Of a stretch of 64,000 nucleotides of DNA, positions 1 through 8,592 are shown piece after piece. Location: IMG/VR virus record IMGVR_UViG_3300009155_000050, positions 1 to 64,000 of that record; one strand, given 5' to 3'. The notes beneath the pieces are model-generated. The model saw nothing but the letters and a program-made list of their open reading frames with translations. It had not been told where the DNA came from and ran no database searches. Made by a program: the position numbers and the translations under genes. Numbering within the stretch: position 1 is the first letter of the stretch; the number at the start of each line of letters is the position of its first letter. This DNA comes from an uncultured virus (IMG/VR IMGVR_UViG_3300009155_000050). Lineage: Duplodnaviria > Heunggongvirae > Uroviricota > Caudoviricetes.

Positions 1-122
1 ACGACGGAAATTCACAGAGCACTAGCCGACGTCCTCGGCAGTGAAGCGTCCTGGAAGTTGTCACAATTCTGTGCCAATGCCGAGCAATAACAGGTGATGC
101 CCCTCCGCCGCGCTGCGGGGGG

Positions 123-153
123 GATTTCCCCCGGCGCCGGGGGCTGTCATAAT
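123..153 (+). promoter_or_regulatory. early promoter copy (GATTT-N17-TGTCATAAT)
   Basis: Repeated bipartite motif with exact 17-nt spacer, upstream of RBS and ATG at 220. Confidence 0.7.
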
Positions 154-219
154 AAAGCGGGGCCGGGGGGGAGCGAGCTGACGACCGGCAAGCCGCCCCC
201 AGCCACAAGGAGAAGACTG

Positions 220-450
220 ATGTTCGATTACGCCAGTGATAAAGTCAGAATCTTCAGAAAGCCAGTGGAATGGGAAGGTCTCAGTTTCCGCATCGTGCAA
301 GTATCTTACCCGAATGGTGTAATAAGTGAACGCGTGCATGGCAACACTTCTGACGCCATGAAAGCCCTCCAGGAGGATGAAGACCTTGAAGAATACTTGT
401 GCAAAGCGTATAGGCACTTGTTGCCTTCCAACCCATGGGGCACCAACTAA
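220..450 (+). CDS. hypothetical phage protein
   Basis: AGGAG RBS before ATG 220, downstream of promoter motif; track start 94 probably too long. Confidence 0.6.
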   Translation: MFDYASDKVRIFRKPVEWEGLSFRIVQVSYPNGVISERVHGNTSDAMKALQEDEDLEEYLCKAYRHLLPSNPWGTN

Positions 451-483
451 CCACCACAAGACCCTGGACTAAACGAACAATGT

Positions 484-508
484 GGAATGGGTGAACTCCA
501 CCCATTCC
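484..508. terminator. stem-loop between convergent genes
   Basis: GGAATGGGTG-aactc-CACCCATTCC, perfect 10-bp stem. Confidence 0.6.
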
Positions 509-510
509 CA

Positions 511-885
511 TTAGATTACAATAAGACGACGACCCCTACTAATTATTTCAGAAAATACCATCCCATCGAGATTCTCAGCACACTCACCATCGCGAACCCA
601 ATAAGGTACAACCTTCGGATTAAAAGACAATATATTCTGATTATCTCGTGTTTCCAAGGAGGAACTATCGCCCACCTCAACCCGCTCACAATCAATCCAA
701 GCACACACCGTCTTATCCTCGCCAGCAAAAATCTTATCTGCCACTCGACGACGATTCTTCAAACGACAACCGAACATCCTTAAACACACCGCATCTGGAT
801 CGTAATACCGAACCACACCATTATCAATAACCTGCCACGTCTTAAAATTGGCACCACGCGCCAAATGAAACCGAACCTTAACCAT
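511..885 (-). CDS. hypothetical phage protein
   Basis: ORF (MVKVRFHLARG...); start trimmed because the upstream part overlaps the tRNA. Confidence 0.65.
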   Translation of the reverse strand: MVKVRFHLARGANFKTWQVIDNGVVRYYDPDAVCLRMFGCRLKNRRRVADKIFAGEDKTVCAWIDCERVEVGDSSSLETRDNQNILSFNPKVVPYWVRDGECAENLDGMVFSEIISRGRRLIVI

Positions 886-903
886 CCTTGACATCCTTTC
901 AAA

Positions 904-986
904 TCTCACCGATGGGACTCGAACCCATACGCCCTTTCGAGCAACGGATTTTAAGTCCGTTGTGGCTGCCATTACACCACGGTGAG
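904..986 (-). tRNA. tRNA-Leu (anticodon UAA)
   Basis: Acceptor CTCACCG/CGGTGAG + discriminator A; D-arm GTG..CAC with GG; anticodon arm ACGGA-CTTAAAA-TCCGT; long variable arm GCTC-GAAA-GGGC; T-arm ATGGG-TTCGAGT-CCCAT; CCA not encoded. Confidence 0.95.
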
Positions 987-997
987 CAATAACCTAT

Positions 998-1390
998 TTA
1001 CTCATAATGCCTCGGACCAACCGAGGGCTGAGGAATCTCCTGGCCACAATAAACCCAATACCTACTCGGACCATCATCCTCAGGAAAGAAATCCGCATCC
1101 AAGCCGCGAGCATCCAACCACTCCAACTGCCGTAAACACCCCTCACCATACTCAGTGCGAGCTTGGGCCTCCAACTCAGCAGCCAACTCCTTCACGCGCT
1201 CCTTGGCTTGCAAAGCCGCTTCCTCGTTATTAAATACCGCGTACTTCAGCACGTCAGTATCATGTCCCCACCAGCCCCCTTCTTCCGGGCCTCCATAATA
1301 GGAGCTATCCTCCATGAGGACCACATACCACTTCTCCGACGGCTTGCTGTCCTTGATCACCGCATCAAACGCAGCTTCCAAGTAAGACAT
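998..1390 (-). CDS. hypothetical early phage protein (YYGGPEEGGWW motif)
   Basis: AGGAGG RBS before ATG 1390; promoter copy at 1461-1491. Confidence 0.7.
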   Translation of the reverse strand: MSYLEAAFDAVIKDSKPSEKWYVVLMEDSSYYGGPEEGGWWGHDTDVLKYAVFNNEEAALQAKERVKELAAELEAQARTEYGEGCLRQLEWLDARGLDADFFPEDDGPSRYWVYCGQEIPQPSVGPRHYE

Positions 1391-1460
1391 CCCAGACCTC
1401 CTAACGTTAGCTTTCCGTCCCCATCGAGCTGTGACAGCCCGACTACCTTGGTTACACCAA

Positions 1461-1491
1461 ATTATGACAATAGAAGCCAGATGAAGAAATC
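1461..1491 (-). promoter_or_regulatory. early promoter copy (GATTT-N17-TGTCATAAT)
   Basis: Repeated motif, 17-nt spacer. Confidence 0.75.
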
Positions 1492-1500
1492 CCCCCTCCA

Positions 1501-1668
1501 CTATTGCTCGTATGGGTCGTAGAGTCTCCACTGGCCGGCCAAGCCATCCTTAATGATCTTGCTGCCACACGCGCCGCTGTCGATTTGGTCAGCAATCGAC
1601 CTGAGCATGGCCGACAGCTTCTCGGTGTCAGTTAACTGCACAGACATGTCAAATTCTAGCTCGATCAT
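1501..1668 (-). CDS. small hypothetical protein (55 aa, MIELEFDMSV...)
   Basis: Read manually; AAGGAGG RBS; promoter copy at 1703-1733. Confidence 0.6.
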   Translation of the reverse strand: MIELEFDMSVQLTDTEKLSAMLRSIADQIDSGACGSKIIKDGLAGQWRLYDPYEQ

Positions 1669-1702
1669 TTTGGCCTCCTTGGTTATTGGTCGGTTACATT
1701 AT

Positions 1703-1733
1703 TTTGTGGCAGTAGAAGGTGGGGGAAGAAATC
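1703..1733 (-). promoter_or_regulatory. early promoter copy (GATTT-N17-TGCCACAAA)
   Basis: Repeated motif, 17-nt spacer; upstream box lies in a G/C hairpin. Confidence 0.7.
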
Positions 1734-1755
1734 CCCCCCACCCGTTTGCGTTCGA

Positions 1756-1944
1756 TTAAAGTTCAGGGCAAGGCTGTTCCGGTCCGGCATAAAATGGGTT
1801 ACGTACAAAGGTGTCATAAGGGGTGGTGAGCCAACAGCGATCAGGATGTTGGTCACCTACGCCACGAGCGTAATCATGAATTAGCTCGCTAAACGTAGGT
1901 GTGAAGAAATCATAATAAGATGAGGGTTCACCGTACATTACCAT
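1756..1944 (-). CDS. small hypothetical phage protein
   Basis: ORF with AGGAG RBS. Confidence 0.6.
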   Translation of the reverse strand: MVMYGEPSSYYDFFTPTFSELIHDYARGVGDQHPDRCWLTTPYDTFVRNPFYAGPEQPCPEL

Positions 1945-2209
1945 CTCCTTCTTCTAAATTTAACCTAGGCAATTCTTCCAAATCGCAATCATGATTCCAC
2001 CTCAAATAATGGGTCGAATTTTGAACCGCTTCGAACTCCACCAAGTCTAGATCCAGTTCTACTGGGTCTAACCCGTCCACGAACTCATAATAGTCGAGCT
2101 CGACATTATCGACATTACGACGATGTTCGATCCAGTGGATACGAACTTGGCGGTCTTGACCGCCAACGTTAAACGTACTGACACAGTCACGATAACGCCA
2201 CACAGCCAT
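1928..2209 (-). CDS. hypothetical protein
   Basis: ORF with AAAGGGA RBS; variant promoter at 2253-2283. Confidence 0.6.
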   Translation of the reverse strand: MAVWRYRDCVSTFNVGGQDRQVRIHWIEHRRNVDNVELDYYEFVDGLDPVELDLDLVEFEAVQNSTHYLRWNHDCDLEELPRLNLEEGDGNVR

Positions 2210-2252
2210 AGCTAATATCCCTTTCTATGACCCACAAGCCCCACCACAACAA

Positions 2253-2283
2253 ATTGTGGCAGGGTCCCATGAATAGGATAATC
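2253..2283 (-). promoter_or_regulatory. early promoter variant (GATTA-N17-TGCCACAAT)
   Basis: Motif variant with 17-nt spacer. Confidence 0.55.
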
Positions 2284-2287
2284 ACCC

Positions 2288-2488
2288 CTAGATAAAATTA
2301 TCCTCTGACTCGTACCCATCAAACCACCTTCCGCGCTCAGCAGTCAGAGCCACAGCCCAGGACTCCGACGCAGTCCTGGAACTTGTCTGCGGATCCTTGC
2401 AGTGAGTCTGCGCCTCCTCTAGGCTCAAACCCGTAGCGATCGATTCCCGGCTGCCGTTTTCAAAAAAACGCGTAATACTGTAAGTCAT
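2288..2488 (-). CDS. small hypothetical protein, paralogue of 6559-6765
   Basis: GLSLEEAQxHCxxPxTSSxTA...FDGYE shared with 6559-6765; GGGAG RBS. Confidence 0.75.
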   Translation of the reverse strand: MTYSITRFFENGSRESIATGLSLEEAQTHCKDPQTSSRTASESWAVALTAERGRWFDGYESEDNFI

Positions 2489-2524
2489 TGTCGCACTCCC
2501 TGACACCAATTTCACCACCAGTAA

Positions 2525-2555
2525 ATTGTGACAGTCTGCCAAATAGGGAGAAATC
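2525..2555 (-). promoter_or_regulatory. early promoter copy (GATTT-N17-TGTCACAAT)
   Basis: Consensus copy. Confidence 0.75.
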
Positions 2556-2560
2556 CCCCC

Positions 2561-2845
2561 CTACACAAACTTTCGTGTGATCTTGATGTCAACCTGTACG
2601 ATTGCCCAGTCACGCTGGTGACTATATGCCAGCCTAGCTTGTTTCTCTAATGCTTCCTCATGGTCGAAAGCCCTTTCGAAGGAACACCAGAGCCCGTCGG
2701 CAAAATAGCCGACCTCGAAAAAAATCCTGTGTTCCTCTTGAATGTAATCAATGATCTTCCCCTGATTGGCTCCCGGCGTGGGGAGCTCGACCGTGGGTGG
2801 GCGTCCAAATTTCCCGCCCCAAAGGATGCCTTTTTTGAATTCCAT
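2561..2845 (-). CDS. hypothetical protein
   Basis: AAGGAG RBS before MEFKK; promoter-like copy at 2880-2912 with 19-nt spacer. Confidence 0.65.
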   Translation of the reverse strand: MEFKKGILWGGKFGRPPTVELPTPGANQGKIIDYIQEEHRIFFEVGYFADGLWCSFERAFDHEEALEKQARLAYSHQRDWAIVQVDIKITRKFV

Positions 2846-2915
2846 CGTCGTCTCCTTGGTTTGAGGTCGGTTACATAATTCTGTGGCAGCCAAAGGCGAG
2901 GGGAGAAAAATCCCC

Positions 2916-3182
2916 CTACTCTGGCACTTCTGGGAATTCGACAAGCTGATGGATCTGGAGCAACAATTCTTGACTCTCTGGTTCAGAAAGCCCAACAGCA
3001 CTCTCCACAACAAGATCTCGACCATCTATTTCAGTATCGAACGTGAGAGCCCAAGGGGCAGCGGACCCAACTCTGGCGCCAGACAAAACCCACCGGTGCC
3101 ACTCGTCGTCGATTGTCTCGACAAACTTGATGATTGGTTGAGCTTGTACCATATTCGCAATTTCCGCAATTTGGTCTAGCAT
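2916..3182 (-). CDS. hypothetical protein
   Basis: GGAG RBS before MLDQIAE. Confidence 0.6.
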   Translation of the reverse strand: MLDQIAEIANMVQAQPIIKFVETIDDEWHRWVLSGARVGSAAPWALTFDTEIDGRDLVVESAVGLSEPESQELLLQIHQLVEFPEVPE

Positions 3183-3219
3183 TCCGTTTCTCCGTGTGTC
3201 ATTCGTCCCGTCACTCCCT

Positions 3220-3250
3220 CCTGTGACAGTCAAAGGCGGGGAGAGAAATC
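3220..3250 (-). promoter_or_regulatory. early promoter copy (GATTT-N17-TGTCACAGG)
   Basis: Repeated motif, 17-nt spacer. Confidence 0.7.
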
Positions 3251-3272
3251 CCCCCACCAACATGCCTGTCCA

Positions 3273-3563
3273 CTATTCTATCGGGACCACCTTCACTACC
3301 ACGCTTCCCTTTGGGGTCTTAGGGCAGTCCAGACGCGATGGCATCAGGCCAAGGTATTTGTCCCACCATTCTGTGATGGCAACGTTGTTGTATTTTTCGC
3401 CGCCGGTTTTTCGCACACTCAACACCCTCTCACCTCCGTCGGTGAGACACGTAAGGTTGATGCCCTTACCATTTGGCGTGCGGCATGCCCGACCGATCTC
3501 CATGATTTCCCACTCTGCCATCGGGCCCACGATCCAAGGTTTGATGAACTCACGATATCTCAT
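3273..3563 (-). CDS. hypothetical protein
   Basis: GGAGG RBS; promoter variant at 3602-3632. Confidence 0.65.
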   Translation of the reverse strand: MRYREFIKPWIVGPMAEWEIMEIGRACRTPNGKGINLTCLTDGGERVLSVRKTGGEKYNNVAITEWWDKYLGLMPSRLDCPKTPKGSVVVKVVPIE

Positions 3564-3601
3564 CTTAGCCTCCGCGGTTACTGGGAATCAAACTGCATCA
3601 A

Positions 3602-3663
3602 ATTGTGACAGACATAACGACAGGGGAAAACCCATTATCCCACATCAACTGCGCTGTCACAAA
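3602..3663. promoter_or_regulatory. back-to-back early promoter variants
   Basis: Minus: GGTTT-N17-TGTCACAAT (3632-3602); plus: CATTA-N17-TGTCACAAA (3633-3663), between divergent genes. Confidence 0.5.
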
Positions 3664-3694
3664 CAATCGAGGTGATCCAACACAAGGAGATCAA

Positions 3695-3850
3695 ATGAGC
3701 TGCCCGCATTGCAAATACGAGTATAGTTTCTTCTTTGACGTTCAATTTCACGCCAAAGATTGCCCGGAGGCACCCAAGTGGCCAGAGAAATTCGCAGTAG
3801 CACCTAAGGTGCCACAAGACGCCCACAACAACCTACCCCAAAGGAGCTAA
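3695..3850 (+). CDS. small CxxC/HxxxC putative zinc-binding protein
   Basis: AAGGAG RBS; MSCPHC...HAKDC. Confidence 0.55.
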   Translation: MSCPHCKYEYSFFFDVQFHAKDCPEAPKWPEKFAVAPKVPQDAHNNLPQRS

Positions 3851-3851
3851 C

Positions 3852-4151
3852 ATGCATTTCGATGACATAGTAAGTAGCACCGGCGACCATCAAGTTATCC
3901 TCTCATATGACGGAGAAGGATTAAATGGAGACTATGGCGAAGCAGACAATGACCAACCACTCGTCCGCTATACCATCTACTACAAAGACGAGCCAATTCA
4001 AGACGGATCAGCGTGCACTAGCTACAGTTGGCACACAGACCGAGACACCCTAACACGCGTCGCTAATAAGATCCTAGAGATCGTAGTGGCGGAGAATGTA
4101 ACCGACCGCATATCTCACAGCGCCAACCAACAGCTCTGGGCCGCCTCGTAA
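3852..4151 (+). CDS. hypothetical phage protein
   Basis: AAGGAG RBS; GEGLNGDY motif. Confidence 0.65.
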   Translation: MHFDDIVSSTGDHQVILSYDGEGLNGDYGEADNDQPLVRYTIYYKDEPIQDGSACTSYSWHTDRDTLTRVANKILEIVVAENVTDRISHSANQQLWAAS

Positions 4152-4242
4152 CCAACAGCTCTGGAAAAGTCCCAGGCTTTCCACTCTTCGCTTAACAAAA
4201 ACGGTGGTGGAGTAATTACTCTACCACCCGGCTGATGCCAAA

Positions 4243-4575
4243 ATGAAACGGACACGACTTAACCACAGGAGCAATATGAGCGCACCATTCAAAAAAGAAT
4301 TCAATGTAAATGGCCGACATATCACTACGGTTGTGATGGATGAACCAGATTTTGTCACCCTATGCGATGGCCTCGTCGGCATTTTCGATAGGCGAAACGA
4401 AGCAAGAACAGGACCAGACCAAATTGCTCTTTTAAAAAGAGAAAAACACATCCCATTAATTATGAAGGGCGAATTGACCAAACATATTTTCGAAAACTTC
4501 GACATTGCAACCGATTACGCTAGTTTTATTGTCCGCGGCCATGGAATGCATATATTTAATTCCCTCATCCAGTAG
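4243..4575 (+). CDS. hypothetical protein
   Basis: ORF; alternative start at 4276 with AGGAG RBS. Confidence 0.55.
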   Translation: MKRTRLNHRSNMSAPFKKEFNVNGRHITTVVMDEPDFVTLCDGLVGIFDRRNEARTGPDQIALLKREKHIPLIMKGELTKHIFENFDIATDYASFIVRGHGMHIFNSLIQ

Positions 4576-4648
4576 CATACTACATGTTCCAGAGAGGAAA
4601 CACGCTGGGCGGGGAGAAATCCTCGCCCAGCATCCTTATATATATGAA

Positions 4649-4680
4649 TAAAAAGGGAGGCAGCCTCTCGGCTGCCTCCC
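4649..4680 (-). terminator. intrinsic terminator
   Basis: GGGAGGCAGCC-tctc-GGCTGCCTCCC stem with T-tract on the minus strand, after the 4687 stop. Confidence 0.7.
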
Positions 4681-4686
4681 CATCAA

Positions 4687-4971
4687 TTACACATCATATT
4701 GCTTGCCACACGCTTCACACCAGATCTCCTCACCATCCCCCAACTGTGCCGGGCATTCTGAACATAACCCGCGTGTATTCCTATTCTTCTCAATTGTACG
4801 TTTCGCCTGGCTTACAACCCATTTAATGTAAGCTTCCTCAAACTCAGGCATCATATTATGCAACAGCATAATCTCATTGAAAATAATTTCAAAGGGCGCG
4901 TTTTGACGCACTAATACCAACAATCGCTCTGCACGAGTTTTCAACTTCGAGTAAGATTCATCAGTATCCAT
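4687..4971 (-). CDS. hypothetical protein with C-terminal CxxC..CxxC
   Basis: GGAGA RBS; promoter variant GATTC-N17-TGCCACAAT at 5026-5056. Confidence 0.65.
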   Translation of the reverse strand: MDTDESYSKLKTRAERLLVLVRQNAPFEIIFNEIMLLHNMMPEFEEAYIKWVVSQAKRTIEKNRNTRGLCSECPAQLGDGEEIWCEACGKQYDV

Positions 4972-5387
4972 TGTTCATCTCCAAAAATGATGGGGTGCCA
5001 CACAGCTCCAATTGCTGACCTCTCAATTGTGGCACCCCATCAAAGCTCCAAGAATCTCTCAATTACTTGAATCTAGGTTTAGTGTTTAATACCAACGCAG
5101 TACGCACCTAACCTAGGGCTTGTAACAGACGGAGAGTCTGTTCGCGCCAACACCATCCCCCGATATAAGGCACAGGTGATTGCACCGAACAACGTAAGGC
5201 TCAGGGGCTATACCTCCAGCTCCACCCCACAAGTACAAGGTGGCTCGGCAACTGGGTGCCGTTACGCATCAAGCTCACGCAACTGTCGCAACAAATCAAA
5301 GCGACGCTTTACCCTAATCAACAAATCCGCAGTAATCGTACCATTTGCACACAAAGCACTAAAGAAAGGGGTGCGAGAGATTCCCCA

Positions 5388-5738
5388 CTATTTGAGCCCA
5401 CCACACAACAACTCAGTAGCAGCAGCCTTATCGAAAGCTCTGCAACTGACCAAGTGACCAGTAGGGTAAATCTCCCTCATCACAAAACCCACCTTCGACA
5501 AGTCGGAGTAGATCGTGTGAATGGTGTCTTGATCTTTCACCTTCACCTTCAATTCAAGCCTGTTACGCCTGGCAATCTCATCCAGGCAATAATTGACCTC
5601 ATCGAGGTAATACGACGCGTTCTCTCCCTCAGGGTAGGCCTGCGCAGCCTCCATTGCGTCCTTTGCAGTGTACCACAACGCACTCCAGCTTTTCTTCTGG
5701 AGGTTCTTTTGGTATTCAGCGTGATTCATCACTTTCAT
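5388..5738 (-). CDS. hypothetical protein
   Basis: AAGGAG RBS before MKVMNH; promoter variant at 5765-5795. Confidence 0.65.
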   Translation of the reverse strand: MKVMNHAEYQKNLQKKSWSALWYTAKDAMEAAQAYPEGENASYYLDEVNYCLDEIARRNRLELKVKVKDQDTIHTIYSDLSKVGFVMREIYPTGHLVSCRAFDKAAATELLCGGLK

Positions 5739-5798
5739 CGCAAAATCTCCTTTGGTTACATCAAATTGTGACAGCCCAAACGACATGGGAGAATATAT

Positions 5799-6074
5799 TT
5801 ATATCTCCTCGCCTTCAAACCATTTCCTAACGAAAGTAAGATTGGGTTTAAAAGACTCATGCCAAATCCGTGGCACTTTAAAAATCGTGCCACTCTTCAA
5901 CGACGGAAAATAATGAGCCACCTCACCACCAACTCCATCAAAATAATAAACACACTGTATCGCTTTATCTATATCACTACGAAACACATCCTCACATTCA
6001 AACAAACCCTCAAAATCATCTTGCGAAACATTCGACATTGTTTCAACACACTTACCAGCAGTATCAGATGACAT
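5799..6074 (-). CDS. hypothetical protein
   Basis: ORF with AAAGGGG RBS. Confidence 0.55.
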   Translation of the reverse strand: MSSDTAGKCVETMSNVSQDDFEGLFECEDVFRSDIDKAIQCVYYFDGVGGEVAHYFPSLKSGTIFKVPRIWHESFKPNLTFVRKWFEGEEI

Positions 6075-6094
6075 ATTAACCCCTTTCTAAGTGT

Positions 6095-6301
6095 TTACAT
6101 CCACCCAAACATGTTAGACATATCAGCCAAATCATACTTCTCTATCTCACGCTCCACCGCCTCCGCTGGCGTGAAGCTATCAGAAAAATAATTTTCAACA
6201 ACCCCATCAGCACCACCATCCTCAATGGTAATACCGACGCGACGCAAGTATTCAGCAGCAAACTGCTTACGCCACACCGACAACGATTGCTTCTTTATCA
6301 T
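6095..6301 (-). CDS. hypothetical protein
   Basis: GGAGGT RBS; promoter copy at 6328-6358. Confidence 0.65.
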   Translation of the reverse strand: MIKKQSLSVWRKQFAAEYLRRVGITIEDGGADGVVENYFSDSFTPAEAVEREIEKYDLADMSNMFGWM

Positions 6302-6327
6302 CGCTCACCTCCAAAAAAGGACACGAT

Positions 6328-6358
6328 ATTGTGGCACAACCAGAAGAGGATGAAAATC
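6328..6358 (-). promoter_or_regulatory. early promoter copy (GATTT-N17-TGCCACAAT)
   Basis: Repeated motif, 17-nt spacer. Confidence 0.75.
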
Positions 6359-6367
6359 CCCCCCCCA

Positions 6368-6553
6368 CTATCCATTCTCCAATGCCCGACGCATATAATC
6401 CCTAGCAGCATCAATATCTAGACAAGGCAAGCCTTCAAGCTCGCAATCACTATCCAGATAAACCCCACTTGGATCATTCCAGGCAAGCCAACTGATAATC
6501 GCAGTGCGATCCCCACTATTGAGGATCGCTGACCAATCTTGCCACATCACCAT
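6368..6553 (-). CDS. small hypothetical phage protein
   Basis: AAGGAG RBS; WLAWNDPSG motif. Confidence 0.6.
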   Translation of the reverse strand: MVMWQDWSAILNSGDRTAIISWLAWNDPSGVYLDSDCELEGLPCLDIDAARDYMRRALENG

Positions 6554-6558
6554 ACTCC

Positions 6559-6765
6559 TTATAGAAACGAACCCTCGTCCTCGTACCCGTCGAACCGCGG
6601 GCCACGTTTCTCAGTTAATGTCACAGCCCATGAGGATGTGGCAGTTTTAGAGGACGTTTCTGGGTTACGGCAGTGAGCCTGAGCCTCCTCAAGGCTCAAA
6701 CCACGCTCTACCACCCCCCCCCTACAGGCATTCTGATATCTTCGAACTATCATGTAAGTTGTCAT
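6559..6765 (-). CDS. small hypothetical protein, paralogue of 2288-2488
   Basis: Shared motifs; AAGGAG RBS. Confidence 0.75.
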   Translation of the reverse strand: MTTYMIVRRYQNACRGGVVERGLSLEEAQAHCRNPETSSKTATSSWAVTLTEKRGPRFDGYEDEGSFL

Positions 6766-6796
6766 TTCTCACTCCTTGTTATTACCACCACACAAA

Positions 6797-6827
6797 ATTG
6801 TGACAGGGTTGAGAGAGGAGAGAAATC
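6797..6827 (-). promoter_or_regulatory. early promoter copy (GATTT-N17-TGTCACAAT)
   Basis: Consensus copy. Confidence 0.75.
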
Positions 6828-6831
6828 CCTA

Positions 6832-7086
6832 CTACGCACCACTACCAATCTCAACCAAATGATTAAATACCTGATTCTCAACAAATAAGGCAACCATACC
6901 ACCACCCACATTCCCCAACACAGCACCACTTGGTGGAGTAGTATCAGGCTTGGCGCCAACTTGATAAGACCAAAAGCCATCGTGCCCTTCCAAAACCCAC
7001 ACGGAAGCCAACGCCTCTTTCAACTTGGCATTCATGCCAGCAATTCCAGAAACACGATCAGTAACCTTCACCGCATTAACAGCCAT
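6832..7086 (-). CDS. hypothetical protein
   Basis: GGAGGG RBS. Confidence 0.6.
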   Translation of the reverse strand: MAVNAVKVTDRVSGIAGMNAKLKEALASVWVLEGHDGFWSYQVGAKPDTTPPSGAVLGNVGGGMVALFVENQVFNHLVEIGSGA

Positions 7087-7100
7087 CGCACACCCTCCAA

Positions 7101-7304
7101 TTAATTAATTCTAATAACTCCAGTATTCATCCCAGTCTTAAACCGAATCAAAGGATTCCTGGGATGGGTCGGATTTGAATACCACCCGCGCCCGTGATAT
7201 AACATCACCATATCATCATTTGGAAATTTAAACAACGCACCAACATCAAGGTGCTTGATAATGCTGTTACAATCCAACTGATTAGCCCAAACAGCAGCTT
7301 CCAT
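7101..7304 (-). CDS. hypothetical protein
   Basis: AAGGAGG RBS; promoter copy at 7341-7371. Confidence 0.65.
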   Translation of the reverse strand: MEAAVWANQLDCNSIIKHLDVGALFKFPNDDMVMLYHGRGWYSNPTHPRNPLIRFKTGMNTGVIRIN

Positions 7305-7340
7305 CGTTGCGCCTCCTTATTATTATCAAACTGACAATTC

Positions 7341-7371
7341 GATGTGACAATAAAGGGGTGGGAGAGAAATC
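7341..7371 (-). promoter_or_regulatory. early promoter copy (GATTT-N17-TGTCACATC)
   Basis: Repeated motif; upstream box embedded in a GGGGTGGG..CCCACCCC hairpin. Confidence 0.75.
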
Positions 7372-7395
7372 CCCCCACCCCATCAAGGGACGACC

Positions 7396-8037
7396 TTAAA
7401 CCTTCAAATATCGGACCAAAGCACTGCCGATTAATTCAACGAATCGGGAGATAGCACCCCTATCATGACCACAAATCTCAGTCAAATTATCAAGCTTCTT
7501 ATAAGCCACCTTCTGCTCGACATCCAACAACGAAATCTCAGGATCGATAGAGGCCACCTGCTCAACCAAGGCCTCAAGGGCCTTGCTAACAGCCTTCTCA
7601 ATCTGTGGGTTCATCAACGCCACACGATTGAAGCTGAACGTGGTCTCCTCGTACAAGAGACGATCAACCGCATCCGACCCAATCTCAACTACGAGCTGCT
7701 CACGAAGATCATCAGAGACCTTCACCTGGCCGCTGCGATCCTGCACCACATAGGTCAAGCTCTCTCCCTCAGGAGTCAACAGCTTCATCGGAGATTCTGG
7801 AGATCCAGATTCACGGACATAATCAGAAAGCCATTTTTCCTGAGCAACACCCTTAAGAATGTTCTTCCGAACATTAATCTTGGCATTGATAGCATCAACC
7901 TCACGGTCGAGCTTCACGATCTCGTTGACCGCGTCAATATGAGCTGCCTCAGTTAGCATCCAACTGGTGCCCTTCTTTGCACCAGTCTTAGTAGCCTTGT
8001 TAACCGACTTGGACTTTAGATTATTCAAGAAACTCAT
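7396..8037 (-). CDS. hypothetical protein (about 213 aa, N-terminal coiled coil)
   Basis: GGGAGG RBS before MSFLNN. Confidence 0.7.
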   Translation of the reverse strand: MSFLNNLKSKSVNKATKTGAKKGTSWMLTEAAHIDAVNEIVKLDREVDAINAKINVRKNILKGVAQEKWLSDYVRESGSPESPMKLLTPEGESLTYVVQDRSGQVKVSDDLREQLVVEIGSDAVDRLLYEETTFSFNRVALMNPQIEKAVSKALEALVEQVASIDPEISLLDVEQKVAYKKLDNLTEICGHDRGAISRFVELIGSALVRYLKV

Positions 8038-8092
8038 CGCAACCTCCCGCTTTCGCATTTGGTGAGGAAAAACCGTTCTCCCTCACCAACCA

Positions 8093-8123
8093 ATTGTGAC
8101 AGAAATCAGATGAGCAAGAAATC
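8093..8123 (-). promoter_or_regulatory. early promoter copy (GATTT-N17-TGTCACAAT)
   Basis: Consensus copy. Confidence 0.75.
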
Positions 8124-8128
8124 CCCTA

Positions 8129-8344
8129 TCACCCTGCAGAATTACAATATTCATCGACAGCAGCAGGACCATGCTCGGTCTTCAAATAAGATCGCAAAGC
8201 ACGCGTCATTACAGCAGTAAGAGTACGCTCCTCACGCCTAGCAGCCTCACGAATCAAAGCAGCCACAGACGGCTCAACCCGCAGTAAAATAGATTCACGA
8301 TTATCACGTGCACCTACGCCACCAACCTTAGCTCTACCCATCAT
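8129..8344 (-). CDS. ribbon-helix-helix (Arc/CopG-like) DNA-binding protein
   Basis: ILLRVEPSVAALIREAARREERTLTAVMTRAL strand-helix-helix pattern. Confidence 0.65.
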   Translation of the reverse strand: MMGRAKVGGVGARDNRESILLRVEPSVAALIREAARREERTLTAVMTRALRSYLKTEHGPAAVDEYCNSAG

Positions 8345-8592
8345 ACACCTCCAATGTTAGAATTCCTAATACATTCAACAACCACACTCAAAGCATCAGC
8401 CAATTCAACCGCTTCAACTGTGAACCCGAATTCGCACTGCCCATTTGTAAAACCCATACCATCGAACTCTACATCATCCCGAGCAATACATTTATCATAG
8501 ATCCTATTGTTAATAACATTCAAACTAGTAGTAGGATCCATCACATTATCAACATCCACCTCAACACCAATAGTCAACTTAAAACTAGGCAT
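8341..8592 (-). CDS. hypothetical protein
   Basis: Coupled ORF in operon. Confidence 0.6.
   Translation of the reverse strand: MPSFKLTIGVEVDVDNVMDPTTSLNVINNRIYDKCIARDDVEFDGMGFTNGQCEFGFTVEAVELADALSVVVECIRNSNIGGV

Noticed and set aside
886..972. N-terminal extension of ORF 511-972
   Set aside because: It overlaps a complete tRNA-Leu; the real start is about 885-894.
4125..4164. 15-bp direct repeat AACCAACAGCTCTGG
   Set aside because: A short local duplication at a gene end with no further copies; probably a slippage scar.
5262..5390. In-frame continuation past the TAG of ORF 5388-5738, suggesting stop-codon recoding
   Set aside because: Long structural and enzyme genes read intact in the standard code, and TAG and TGA end many genes at sensible positions.
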